Source: Pecten maximus
Taxonomy: Eukaryota
Length of the DNA stretch: 64,000 nucleotides
NCBI RefSeq assembly: GCF_902652985.1
Contig: NC_047020.1
Span: forward strand, 10,168,001 to 10,232,000
Direction of reading: 5' to 3'
Of this stretch, positions 39,667 through 52,600 are shown piece after piece. The notes below the pieces were generated by a model. That model ran no database searches. It saw nothing but the letters and a program-made list of their open reading frames with translations, and had not been told where the DNA came from. Position numbers and translations under genes: made by a program. The stretch's first letter is position 1; each line of letters starts with the position of its first letter.

Positions 39667-40619
39667 CCCCCAATCCCATTTTTCAATTAGCTCCAGTCGA
39701 TTATATTCATTGGTTGATTGTTTCAATTCTACATACACTATATATTTACTGCCCAATAATTAAGAATGTAATAGTAGATTTAAAATACACCAAAAATGTA
39801 TGAGTATTCATAAAAATTGAGTACATGTACGTAATTAAGAGAGTATTGATGTATATGTTTGTCTGGAACTAATAAAAAAAAAAAAAAAAAAAACTTTTCA
39901 CTATTCTAATTATTACTGTACTGGTCTGGTTGTCCAGTAACCATGATCCATATTTTCAGTAGAGGACACATATATATATCTTTGCGTATGTCAGTAAACT
40001 TAACCATTAACATAAAAAAAAAATTAAAAAAAAAAAAAAAAACCTGGGGAAAGACAAGATATCAAACATTGTAATTTAGTCATGTGATATATTCAATTTA
40101 TCTAAAGATCTTCTCTTTTAATTTCCTATATATTTTTGGTTCAATTATATACCCTATGACGTTGAATTGTGTCTATTTTGACGTTATTAGAATTTCATTA
40201 ATTGACATCACCATACCACACATCCTTTACAATGCCGGCATGCTTAAACCATATTACCAATTTGTCAACCACATGTAAAACTCTGAGGTTATACGAAGAC
40301 CTTTTCACTTCATTAAACAGGTATTAGAACTGAAGAGAGCGAGCTTAGTCACAATATATAAGGTAATACATACTCATATTGCTACACCGTTAAATATCTT
40401 TCGATAATTATTGCCATCAATTACTTAAGTGGAACTGTGACCTAAGTATTTGAGTGACTGCGTCGTCTTAAAGAGGGAATGACACGTTTAGGCGCCTCTG
40501 ACGATGAACAAACCTTTGGATATAAATAGCTTGGGCGCTCTGTGTCCCCTAAAAAAGAAAACAGCGAAAACAAAAACAACAAAAAACACACCAACGATCG
40601 TGCATGAGTCCTCTTTCTC

Positions 40620-40732
40620 GTCATACTATGAGAAACAGCGGCATGATATTCTCTTTGACGTCATACTATGAGATACAGCGGCATGATATTCTCTTTGACG
40701 TCATACTATGAGATACACCGGCATGATATTCT
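40620..40732. repeat. 40-bp tandem triplication
   Basis: TCATACTATGAGATACAGCGGCATGATATTCTCTTTGACG, about 3 copies. Confidence 0.8.
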
Positions 40733-41089
40733 TGAAATGAAAATTTTATTGCATTTCCCCCAGGGGTATTTTAGGATTAGTAGCGATTTAAAGAAAAAGT
40801 TCTCTTTTTTCTGATATTTTTCACAAGTGAAAAGTATCACTTTTTCTGATTTGACCAATCAAAGCACTGCTTACCAACGACAGTGGGAGAGCCTCAAAGC
40901 TGATCGGGTAGATATCCAGCAGTGTCTTCAGTAATACCAAATATATTTCATTCGTATTGGCTAACATTTTGATAGTTTCACTCGTGTTTCGCACCCGTGA
41001 CAAATATAAAAATATTAGTCCCACTACTGAAGACACTGTTGGATATCTATACCATCCAGAATAGTGAGTAATATGTCCCTACTACTACA

Positions 41090-41354
41090 CATCCGACTTG
41101 TCTAATATTCAATTCACAAGAACGTCCGACTTGTCTAATATTCAATTCACAAGAACATCCGACTTGTCTAATATTCAATTCACAAGAACGTCCGACTTGT
41201 CTAATATTCAATTCACAAGAACGTCCGACTTGTCTAATATTCAATTCACAAGAACGTCCGACTTGTCTAATATTCAATTCACAAGAACATCCGACTTGTC
41301 TAATATTCAATTCACAAGAACATCCGACTTGTCTAATATTCAATTCACAAGAAC
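41090..41354. repeat. 33-bp minisatellite, 8 copies
   Basis: CATCCGACTTGTCTAATATTCAATTCACAAGAA. Confidence 0.95.
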
Positions 41355-42845
41355 AGGTTTTGCACAGATTTTGTGGTTAGTTGTGTCGATTTAAGATATG
41401 TGCTGTATAGATAGTTGCGATTTACTGAAGATATTGTTATCCTAATTAGTCGTGTAACCCAATTACATCTGATGTACATCATTAGGCTCTTCGATAAATA
41501 CATATCATCAGGTATGTGCAATATATGGTTGTATTTCCACTTGACTGGCTTTCGCTAAATTAAAAACCACTGTCACATATATCTTAACAATTACTGTAAC
41601 TGAATAACACGTTTTTATTGCAAAAATCTGGAAAGATTTTTTTTTTGGTGTGCGTTTAAATTAATGCTTGTATAATACATATGTCCGTCTTTTTAATTTA
41701 TAAATACATACATAAGTTGCTCCGCATATCTTATTTTCAAAGATAGGCGACTCCTTTCTAGAAATCTTCTCTCTAGATGAATTTTCATAAAAAGACAGGA
41801 GGGCAGTACAATCAGGCTTCCTTGTGAAACGTAGTGACCTACATAACGTGTGGCTTGAACCATTTGATTAAATCTCAGATGTGCATAGATGTTTTGTTAA
41901 ACATGTATATACACTGTATTCATAATATCGTAGTAGTTAGACGTCCGCTTTAGACAGCTACTTGTGAATATTCTCTGTAAATATTGCAATCATATTTTGA
42001 GCAAACATTAAAACCTTATCTCATTACAATTTCTTTTCTTTAACACGATTCTTTTCAATTCACAATTCACTCTGAATGAATGACAGATAATAATAGTAAA
42101 ATATTCTGTCATACTCGTGAAATATATGTTATATTGAACGGGAAACCATTCAATTTCCTCTCTATAGTTAACAACATCAACTCAACATTTTGTTTAATAT
42201 CTACCTTTTAAATTGATATATTGACACAGATTTAGTAGTGACGCGGCCGAATGTTCTAGGAGCTGTACGCTTCAGCCATTTGTTGTTACCCTACCTCGTG
42301 GAGAAGTTCGATGCGCTTAAGTTTTTGACAAAATACTCACTTGACGATTCCTACGCTTATTAATCCACTGAGCCTTTTTTCACTGCGTATACGTTAAATA
42401 TTCGCATTCAGAGTTTACCAAGCTGAACAAGTGAGGTTTTTTTAGATAGCGTTTACAAATGCAATTTTAATCTGGTATCTGTCTCTATACTGAATTACTG
42501 ATCGAACTCTAGGTCAGTATTCCATTTATTATTATTATCATTTTTTGCTGGAGTTATATCCCTTTTCACATAGGAATTTCTTATCATTAGATAATTATTA
42601 TTTTCATGAATGATATATTTCAGTTCGATTCGATCCTCGTGTCGAGTTCCATTTAATGCTGGAGTTACTCCATCAATCCACCAACCAGTAACAAAAACAT
42701 TCCTATGGTGACGACGGACAAGTGGCCACAGGCGACACATTCCCTGGGGAAAAAAAGCTTTTCAGAACAGTTTCTGAGTAGTGTATCGAAAGGGTATAAA
42801 GTGCTTAAGCGACGCTTTAGCGGCTTTAGGGGTCAAAAGTAATTG

Positions 42846-43066
42846 GTAAACCTCTAGTCCGAATTAAACGTCAGGATAGTTCAGACTTGGTAAACCATTA
42901 GTCAGAATTAAACGTCAGGATAGTTCAGACTTGGTACACCACTAGTCAGAATTAAACGTCTGAATAGTTCAGTCTTGGTAAACCCCTTGTCAGAATTAAA
43001 TGTCAGAATAGTCCAGACTTGGTAAACCCCTTGTCAGAATTGAACGTCAGAATAGTCCAGTCTTGG
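42846..43066. repeat. ~44-bp tandem repeat (5 copies) ending in a HINE-like CAGGTGAGCTAAAA terminus
   Basis: GTCAGAATTAAACGTCAGGATAGTTCAGACTTGGTAAACC repeated. Confidence 0.75.
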
Positions 43067-43190
43067 TCCAGGTGAGCTAAAAGTATGACTTATTCTAATA
43101 GCTGTTTTGATTTCCTTCCATGACAGCACATGCGTCTATATCTGGTAAGTACATGTATTTAGAAACACCAAGTTTGCCCCCTACTCCCCT

Positions 43191-44816
43191 TTATCTCCAA
43201 TACTCTATTCTCTTTTTGTAAACGATATGGAAAGTCATTTTATAAATTCTAATTGCCAAAGTTACTCATTACAGCTGATTAACCTCTTTATGTTAATGTA
43301 CGCAGACGATACAGTCTTGTTTTCAGAGGACGTTACCGACCTCCAAAATATGCTTGATAGTTTACAGACTTATACTCTTAAATGAAACTTAAAAATAAAC
43401 ACAGATAAAACAAAAATTGTTGTTTTTAGGAAAAGAAAAAGAATGCTACCCTCTTTTAATGGAAACCCAATAGAAATTGTCGATAAGTTTTGTTACCTTG
43501 GCCTGATTTTTAACTTTAACGGTAGATTCACTGCAGCATTAGATACTTTGGCTTGCCAAGGAAGAAAAGCATATTATCATTTAAAAAGAAAAATGAAAGT
43601 GTTCACCCTTAATATTGAAACGAAAATGTCTTTATTTGACACTTATGTTACATGTGTTTTGAATTACGGATGTGAAGTATGGGGACAAGCTGTTTCACCA
43701 CAAATTGAAAAAATTCATCTTCTTTTTCTCAAAGACTTACTTAATGTTAAGAAATCAGTAAATTCTGCTATGGTCTTCTTTGAAACTGGTAGATATTAAT
43801 TGTATGTGCAACGCAAAATAGCAGTAATGAAATATTGGTTGAAATTAGTAAAAACCAATAATTGTGTTTTAAAATCATGTTATGATGCGCTTGTCGAATT
43901 GAATAATAAAAAACATAATTGTAAAAGTAATCGGGTTTATCATATTAAAAATGAGCTTTGTAGTTTAGGTTTTGGTTATATTTGGAACAGCCAATACGTT
44001 TTAAATGAAAGTCATTTTATGCAAGTATATGTCCAGCGTGTTCATGATGTATTTATTGAAGAATTACGCAGTGCGTTTGATATATCGTCGAAATGTTATT
44101 TATACAAACATATTGTGGATACCTTCAATACTAATTAATTATTAAGCCAATTGATTATAAATTTTAAAAGTTGTTGAGTCAATTCCGTATGCAAGGACAC
44201 AGTCTTAATATTGAATCTGGGCGCTACAATAAAATACCTAGAAGTCAAAGAATTTGCACAGTTTGTGACAAAAATAACGTCGAGGACGAAGTACATTTTG
44301 TGCTTCTTTGTCCTGCATATTCTGAACTAAGAAAAACATACATCAAAAAGTATTATTATTCTCGTCCAAGTGTTTATAAACTGATAGAACTATTTTCCAG
44401 TAAAAGTGTTAAAACTTTGAATAGATTGGGTACATTTTTGTTACATGCCACTGCAGAAAGAAAAACTCTCCTCGTAAGTAATTAAATTAAATGTGTTTTG
44501 GAAATTAAGATCACAGTTTTCATATATAGTGTTCTTGTGTATATTTAGAAAGTATGTTACTTATATCGAATAGTACATGTTTAAATTATGTCGTCATACT
44601 GTCATGACGTCATAGGCATGCAATACGTAAATGCTGAATTGTTATGCATCAGTTACAAGTTTTCAAAATCATTATGTTATTCATTATTATGTGTCGTAAG
44701 TATATTGCCTGTGTTGGGCCCTCCGCCATCTTGTAATTCAAGTTGCAATATGTATACATATTATATGAATATTGTGTTATCCTATATGCTGTGTTGCATT
44801 TGGAATAAATAAATTG
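43191..44816 (+). mobile_element. Decayed 5'-truncated LINE (RTEX-like)
   Basis: LSPILFSLFVND, MYADDTV, LNYGCEVWG, CTVC...EDEVHFVLLC; several stops/frameshifts; AATAAATAAATTGA tail. Confidence 0.85.
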
Positions 44817-45529
44817 AGGGGGTTCCAGGGGGGCGAAGCCCCCCGGCGGAAAAAAAAATCCTACGACAAAATAATTAGGAGTTACCAACCAGGTGACCAG
44901 ATAGACGCCTGTGGTGACAGTGTCTATAAGGAGCGCAATTCACACGGTCATCTAAAGGCTTCCGAATATGGAGGTGGCAGTCAAACTATTTTTGCTATAG
45001 TATAACAATCCTCGGTTAATTTACATGTTGATACGTAGTATCTTGACCGTCGATTGGGTTCTGTGCCAAGTCGTTGTGCACCATACAAACAAAATATAAA
45101 ATTCAAGATAACCATGTCTCGCGACTTTAACCGCTGCTGGCCAATAACATACCTGTATAATTCTCACGATTCGGCTGTTGACATAGCTATCGTTTGTATG
45201 TTTTCGTCTGTCACGATAGATTACATACCGTTTTGAACACGGTACTTACTCTAAGCCTGAGCTTTCCTGTGAAGCCATAGTTTGACACGAGCACACCTAA
45301 CATAACTAGGGAAATGTCCCTACACGAGGGCATCTGATAACTCGATATATACCCGCTTCTATTGTCTGTGATCTGTCTATTGTATAACAGAAGTCATGAA
45401 TACACGTGACCGATATATGTCATGGCTCACGTGTCAGTAGATTTGTCTGCCTTTCAAATTTGTCCCCAGTACAGATTTACAACCACAACAACACTTGTCT
45501 GCTTGAGCGAAACCATAAGCTGCCGGTCA

Positions 45530-45612
45530 GTGTATTAAATACCCTGGCGTACTGTGGAACATTCACCAGGTACAGACTAAACTTAGTGGTGGAAGTGTGC
45601 GATCCCAAACAG
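45530..45612 (+). promoter_or_regulatory. Candidate TDO2 core promoter and non-coding first exon
   Basis: TATTAAATA about 25-30 nt before an initiator-like CATTC, followed by a good donor CAG|GTATGT at 45612; inference only. Confidence 0.35.
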
Positions 45613-46202
45613 GTATGTTAAAACACAAATACTTAACACTAATGTGTCGTGTTCTGTTAATAAGTTGATTAAACCTGTTATACGGAGAAAGTTCGTCTCA
45701 CTTGTTTGGACTACGAGAAACGAAAAGGCCATGCTCTACATTACTGTCAGTATCTAGCTCATTATGATGACCATGCCCTACATGTCTATTTTCCCACTAG
45801 AGTCGTACAAAAGTTAAAGGCACATGATCTACGATATTTTCTCACAAGACCTCGCCAGTTTTAATTTATACAACTATATAATATGTAATTAATAAACGTA
45901 GGAAAGTTTCTTTTACCTTGTATATTACGTAAAATGATATTTCGGTATGTTGAAAACAGCTAAGTAATTATTAAGAGTAGGATGATAATGAGTCGGCAGA
46001 AAACAATTACAATAACTCCGTAATTACGACTATGACAGTGGAAGCTTAATAATTTACAGGGATTATTCATCTTACTTGACGTGTATTTTTTTGCGTGATG
46101 ATCGTACATAATATAAATGTAGTTCATATGACTTAAAGAAATTCCAGCACGGATATGAACAAAGAATACGTGTGTCGCTCAGATTATGAATTAACACATT
46201 AC

Positions 46203-47890
46203 ACGTCCCTATACCCACATGTATAAATTGACCCCTAACCACGTTACTATGTCCCTATACCCACATGTATAAATTGACCCCTAACCACGTTACTATGTCC
46301 CTATACCCACATGTATAAATTGACCCCTAACCACGTTACTATGTCCCTATACCCACATGTATAAATTGACCCCTAACCACGTTACTATGTCCCTATACCC
46401 AGATGTATCAATTGACCCCTAACCACGTTACACGTCCCTATACCCACATGTATAAATTGACCCCTAACCACGTTACTATGTCCCTATACCCAGATGTATA
46501 AATTGACCCCTAACCACGTTACTATGTCACTATACCGAGATATATAAATTGACCCCTAACCACGTTACTATGTCCCTATACCCAGATGTATCAATTGACC
46601 CCTAACCACGTTATACCCAGATGTATCAATTGACCCCTAACCACGTTACTACGTCCCTATACCGAGATATATAAATTGACCCCTAACCACGTTACTATGT
46701 CCCTATACCGAGATATATAAATTGACCCCTAACCACGTTACTATGTCCCTATACCCAGATGTATAAATTGACCCCTAACCACGTTACTATGTCCCTATAC
46801 CCAGATGTATAAATTGACCCCTAACCACGTTACTATGCCCCTATACCCAGATGTATAAATTGACCCCTAACCACGTTACTATGTCCCTATACCCAGATGT
46901 ATAAATCGACCCCTAACCACGTTACTATGCCCCTATACCCAGATGTATAAATTGACCCCTAACCACGTTACTATGTCCCTATACCGAGATGTATAAATTG
47001 ACCCCTAACCACGTTGCTATGTCCCTATACCGAGATATATAAATTGACCCCTAACCACGTTACACGTCCTTATACCGAGATATATAAATTGACCCCTAAC
47101 CACGTTACTATGTCCCTATACCCAGATGTATAAATTGACCCCTAACCACGTTACACGTCCCTATACCGAGATATATAAATTGACCCCTAACCACGTTACT
47201 ATGTCCCTATACCGAGATATATAAATTGACCCCTAACCACGTTACTATGTCCCTATACCCAGATGTATAAATTGACCCCTAACCACGTTACTATGTCCCT
47301 ATACCCAGATGTATAAATTGACCCCTAACCACGTTACTATGTCCCTATACCCAGATATATAAATTGACCCCTAACCACGTTACTATGTCCCTATACCGAG
47401 ATATATAAATTGACCCCTAACCACGTTACTATGTCCCTATACCCAGATGTATAAATTGACCCCTAACTACGTTACTATGTCCCTATACCCAGATGTATAA
47501 ATTGACCCCTAACCACGTTACTATGTCCCTATACCGAGATATATAAATTGACCCCTAACCACGTTACTATGTCCCTATACCCAGATGTATAAATTGACCC
47601 CTAACCACGTTACACGTCCCTATACCCAGATATATAAATTGACCCCTAACCACGTTACTATGTCCCTATACCCAGATATATAAATTGACTCCTAACCACG
47701 TTACACGTCCCTATACCCAGATGTATAAATTGACCCCTAACCACGTTACTATGTCTCTATACCCAGATATATAAATTGACCCCTAACCACGTTACTATGT
47801 CCCTATACCCACATGTATAAATTGACCCCTAACCACGTTACTATGTCCCTATACCCACATGTATAAATTGACCCCTTAACATTATCACAT
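46203..47890. repeat. 46-bp minisatellite, ~36 copies
   Basis: GTCCCTATACCCAGATGTATAAATTGACCCCTAACCACGTTACTAT. Confidence 0.95.
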
Positions 47891-48669
47891 GTCCCTCTAC
47901 CCAGATTTATGCTCTAGAAAGCTATCACCCGAATAAGTATTGTGGGTTTTAAGTCAGAGAAATGAAGTTACATTGGTGTAATATATATAGATACACATAT
48001 TCCATGGCGACCTTAGAAGGAAAACTGACCGTCCGACGTCTTAATTCGTGTATTTAAAACCTGGTAGAATTCTAGGAGAAACCATTGCCAGATTATTATC
48101 TAAATGTAGTACATATTTTACAAAAGATAAAAATTACCGCATGTGGCCTTGGTGCGCTATGTAGGTGTGTACCGATAAGCCAATCCGCGTCAGAGAAAAC
48201 ATTGTGCTGAATTCATGTGACAGTCATTTTTTGTATCACACGGTAACACGTGTGTTTGTAGGCTATACTACACGCTACGGTGTGAATCAAGTATTAAAAT
48301 ACAAATAAGTTCATCCCTTTTACAGCTGTATGATACGATATGTATACTCAATGATTTTGAAGTACGATGTCTCTACAACGACAAAATGCTGCTCTTAGTC
48401 TCTGAACATTCATATTGCATACAATTTTCATCTATAGCAGGAGAATGTTGAATTTCAAACACGAATACATATCTAAAGTTTTGCACAAAGATAGTCATGT
48501 AATATACCAAAAGGCTTGTTTGGACATGTAGCTTCTTGCAATCGCCAATAAGTTGCTGCAGATGCTATTAGTTTCTTCTATAGAGTAACTTTGTGGTAAG
48601 ATGTAGCCTGGGATAATTCTAAGTCACACAAATGACCAAACTTGAAAAATAGCCAAGCTGTTATGCTCA

Positions 48670-49200
48670 CAAGGGTCTATAGCACAGGGTAGGAGCATTT
48701 GTTTGACCGGATTTTACTAATGTACGTATAAACGCTTATTTTGTTTTGACCTTGAAATGCAAATGGCGGCTGTGCATAATATTACACAAATATGGCATAC
48801 TGGAAGGCATTTTAATCAATGAAAATGCTCGTATATCATACATTTACTTTTAAGACATCTGATCATAGTAAGAAGGACCTTTTTAAGTCAAAATGTTAAA
48901 CTGGTGAGTTTGTGGCCTTTTTCAGAAATAGGCATATTTTACCCCAAAGTCAGCGATTGAACATTTTGTTCTAAAAGCAGTCTTCTTGCCATTTCTAGAA
49001 TTCTTAATATTGTCTAATGTAAGAGCATCTTTGATGTTTGAAATACCTCCTTATATGCCATACAAAATTTGTGATATCATTCACGACCGCCATTTGCATT
49101 TCAAGGTTAAAATAAAAACATGTGTTCAAGTATATATAATAAAGTCAAATCTGATCAAACCAATGCTCCTATTTTGTGCTTTAGACACTAGTGAGCAAAA
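48670..49200. repeat. Degenerate long inverted repeat (foldback element remnant)
   Basis: CCTTGAAATGCAAATGGCGG (~48750) is mirrored by CCGCCATTTGCATTTCAAGG (~49090); further matching blocks at ~48680 and ~49170. Confidence 0.6.
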
Positions 49201-49629
49201 CGACATGGAAAGTTTGTGTAATATATGCGATACGAATGAGCTAATTATGTCCCCCTGAAACATGCATTTTTCGTATGTTTTGTTGAAATTTACCAACAGA
49301 TTAAAAAATAACACGTCAACAGCAAGTCCCACCAAGGTTTGTCACGATGCATACTAAATTGCACCATAGGAGGGATTTATAAGCCTGTAAAATATCACTG
49401 TTTTCACTGGATTTACTGTTAAGATGCCCTTAATGATAGTGATGTATATATGTAACAATAAACATGTTAAAATTGTGTTACCACATTTGCGCGTGTATAA
49501 CATTAAGATTTTAAATCACTGCAAAACATATAGTATAATCACATACGTATCTATAAATTGAACATGTTTTTAGACACCTCGACAAATTGTTGTATGATTT
49601 AGTACAAGGTACATATCGTTTTTTAAAGG

Positions 49630-52600
49630 ATGTCAGAAGAAGATTCGAATAAGAACAAACCGAAGCTGTATGGCGAATATCTGCAGGTAAGTGGGACGCT
49701 TGAACACAGTATCCGACGTGAAGGAGACGCAAAACCTTTAAACCCAAACCAACCTTAACCAAACCGCTAACTAGGGAAACTTGGACTACACTAATCGAGC
49801 GCCACCAAGCGGTAGGCGAACGAAGATAGGTAAATCGGTAGACGAGGCGAAGAGAAAACGCTGACGGAATGCCACAGCCCACTAGGCGGAGACGGGTGCC
49901 TAGTAGAGGTGAGTAGTTGAAATACTGACGGGGCGTCGTAACCCGGCACGCGCAGAGAGGTAAACCGGTAGGTAATGAGCAGTGAAAACAGAAACAGCGC
50001 TGTAACCCGGTACACGGAGAGTGGTACACGTTAGGCGATACACAGTGAAAACAAAGATAGCGCTGTAACCCAGTACACGGAGAGTGGTACACGGAGGGTG
50101 GTACACGGAGAGTGGTACACGTACGGTAGGCGATACACAGTGAAAACAGAAATAGCGCTGTAACCGGGTACGCGGAGAGTGGTACACGGAGAGTGGTACA
50201 CGGTAGGCGATACACAGTGAAAACAAAGATAGCGCTGTAACCGGGTACGCGGAGAGTGGTACACGGAGAGTGGTACACGGTAGGCGATACACAGTGAAAA
50301 CAAAGATAGCGCTGTAACTCGGTACACGGAGAGTGGTACACGGTAGGCGATACACAGTGAAAACAAAGATAGCGCTGTAACTCGGTACACGGAGAGTGGT
50401 ACACGGAGAGTGATACACGGTAAGCGATGCGAAATGATGCAGACCAGCATACACGAGACGCGGCGAACACTGACGCGACGCTGTAACGGAAGGCGGATTT
50501 ACGCTGTAAAGACAATCACCTTGTCAAAAGTAAAGGCGCTTAGTTCATACATGAAGTAATTTGAGTGTCAGCTGAGTGGGGACGAGAGAGAGGAAGGAAC
50601 TTGATATAATATGACGGTTAGAGGAGATAATATTACAAAGAGAAAAAAAGGATAGGATAGGAGATGAATGGATTGAGATCTGAAAGTTTTAAAGAAAGAC
50701 GACGATAGAAAGAATTTAGGAAGGAATAACTTACCTGGTATCAACTGAGGTGTATCAATGGATTTACCAGTACAGACTTTGGAATAAAAAATATCCCGAC
50801 CTTAAAACAGGCGAAAGTCTGCTTCTCAACAACGTTAAGTAAGAAATTTACAATTAATATAAAGTATAGCTATAGCATGGCCTGGTTATACAGTCGCTGT
50901 TCTTGTGAGCTGTTAGGAATCATGATAAATGATTCCCGTTTGTGACATGTTTATATTATAAATTAACAAAATAGCGCTGTACAGAATACCAAATGTGTAA
51001 AAATTACAAATTCTGATTACATGTAGATTTTTAAATTTAACACAACATGTCATATTTTAGTTGCCGAGTCTGTTGAAATGTCAGAGCATGACTAGTGAGG
51101 AGGCGGGAAAGCCAGTCCATGACGAGCACTTGTTTATCATCACACACCAAGGTAATAGAGGTCAAGGTCACCTCGAGTATCAGGGTCACTATCAAACAGA
51201 AGGATTGGAATATTTCACATTTAATACAAAGGGCTAGCAGAGGTCAGAGAGGCCTCTTGTTAAAATGTGACTTTAATATTAAGGAAAGAATATGTCAAGT
51301 TCAATGGACATACTATTATAACAATATTTGGTCTGTATGTTATATGTTACACGGAGGTACGACAAGATGGAAATTAGCTTCCATTAAATGTACAGTGTAT
51401 GTACCTAGTATGACTTGCAGATATAATTCCAATTCGAGCTTTGAAAATATGTCAATGCAAGTCAGTGTGTGGATTATCCGTTATATCTGCGAGTGTATTT
51501 TCTAATGCTAACAGTGTTTAAAAGTATAAGGACCAACACTTGTTTAGTAAACGTTTTCCTTATAGGAATTAAAGGGATCACAAAGATTGACTTCCTAACG
51601 GCTATTATTGTAGTTTTTCTCTAAATACATGTATCTGTTATTCCATTTTTCTTTCTTCCTGCCTTTTTTTTGGACGAAACTGGAAAAAAATACTTTATAT
51701 GTACTTTAAAGCTATAGTCACACCAGATCGTGCGATTGGGGGCGATTTGGCCGAGTTACGACCGATCGGCAATGTTTGTTGCGATGTCTATTCGCGATCG
51801 CATACTGCGATTGGTCCTACGACTGGTGGTAGGTCATCGTACGATTGGTGGTGCGCTTGGTCGCGCAATGACTTACGATTGGAGAAGATTGATCGCAAGA
51901 TCAATCGTAGGCAATCGAAGGCAATCGTAGGCAATCGTGCGATGAGTGGTGCGATGAGTGACCAATCGCACGATTAGTCATGGCAACCTGCGACTGCTCG
52001 CACGATCAGTCGTGGCAACCTGCGACTGCTCACACGATCAGTCGTAGCCAATTGCAGACAGTCGATCGATCATATAAAAAGGCTTGTACCATTTTAGCAT
52101 CAGTTGTGACCTCGCAGTACAGACGAATACATCAATAATAATAATAATAATAATATGCCTCCGAAGAAAGCAGTTGTTGTTGCTGATGCTGCAGTAACAC
52201 CATTGCTTGTATATCCGCCATTTTGTTACCTGTACCCAGGAAAGTGGTTTGCGAGGTAAAGACTGGTGGTGCGACCGATCGTAAGGTCGTGCAAACACTC
52301 GGGACAGGTCGTGACTGATCGTACGACCAATTGTGAGGTCGTACGATCGGTGGTACCACCAATCGTAGAGTGGCACGACCAGTAGCACGACCAATTTGCG
52401 ACTACTTGGCCCGCGACCATGCACGACTGGTCCTGCGTTCATGTGCGATTGGTGGTACGACCGTTCTGCGACCACTTGCGATTTAGAATCGCAGGTCAGA
52501 AGTTTTGAACATGACCATCGACCTTGCTGCGACTGATTTTGCGCGTGCGATCACCCACGACCACTGCGACTAGTCGTGCGCTCATGCTACGATTTCCCTG

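Noticed and set aside
43120-43150. ATG...CTG|GTAAGT as first coding exon of TDO2
   Set aside because: Neither ATG gives a phase compatible with the acceptor at 49628, and there is no TDO similarity.
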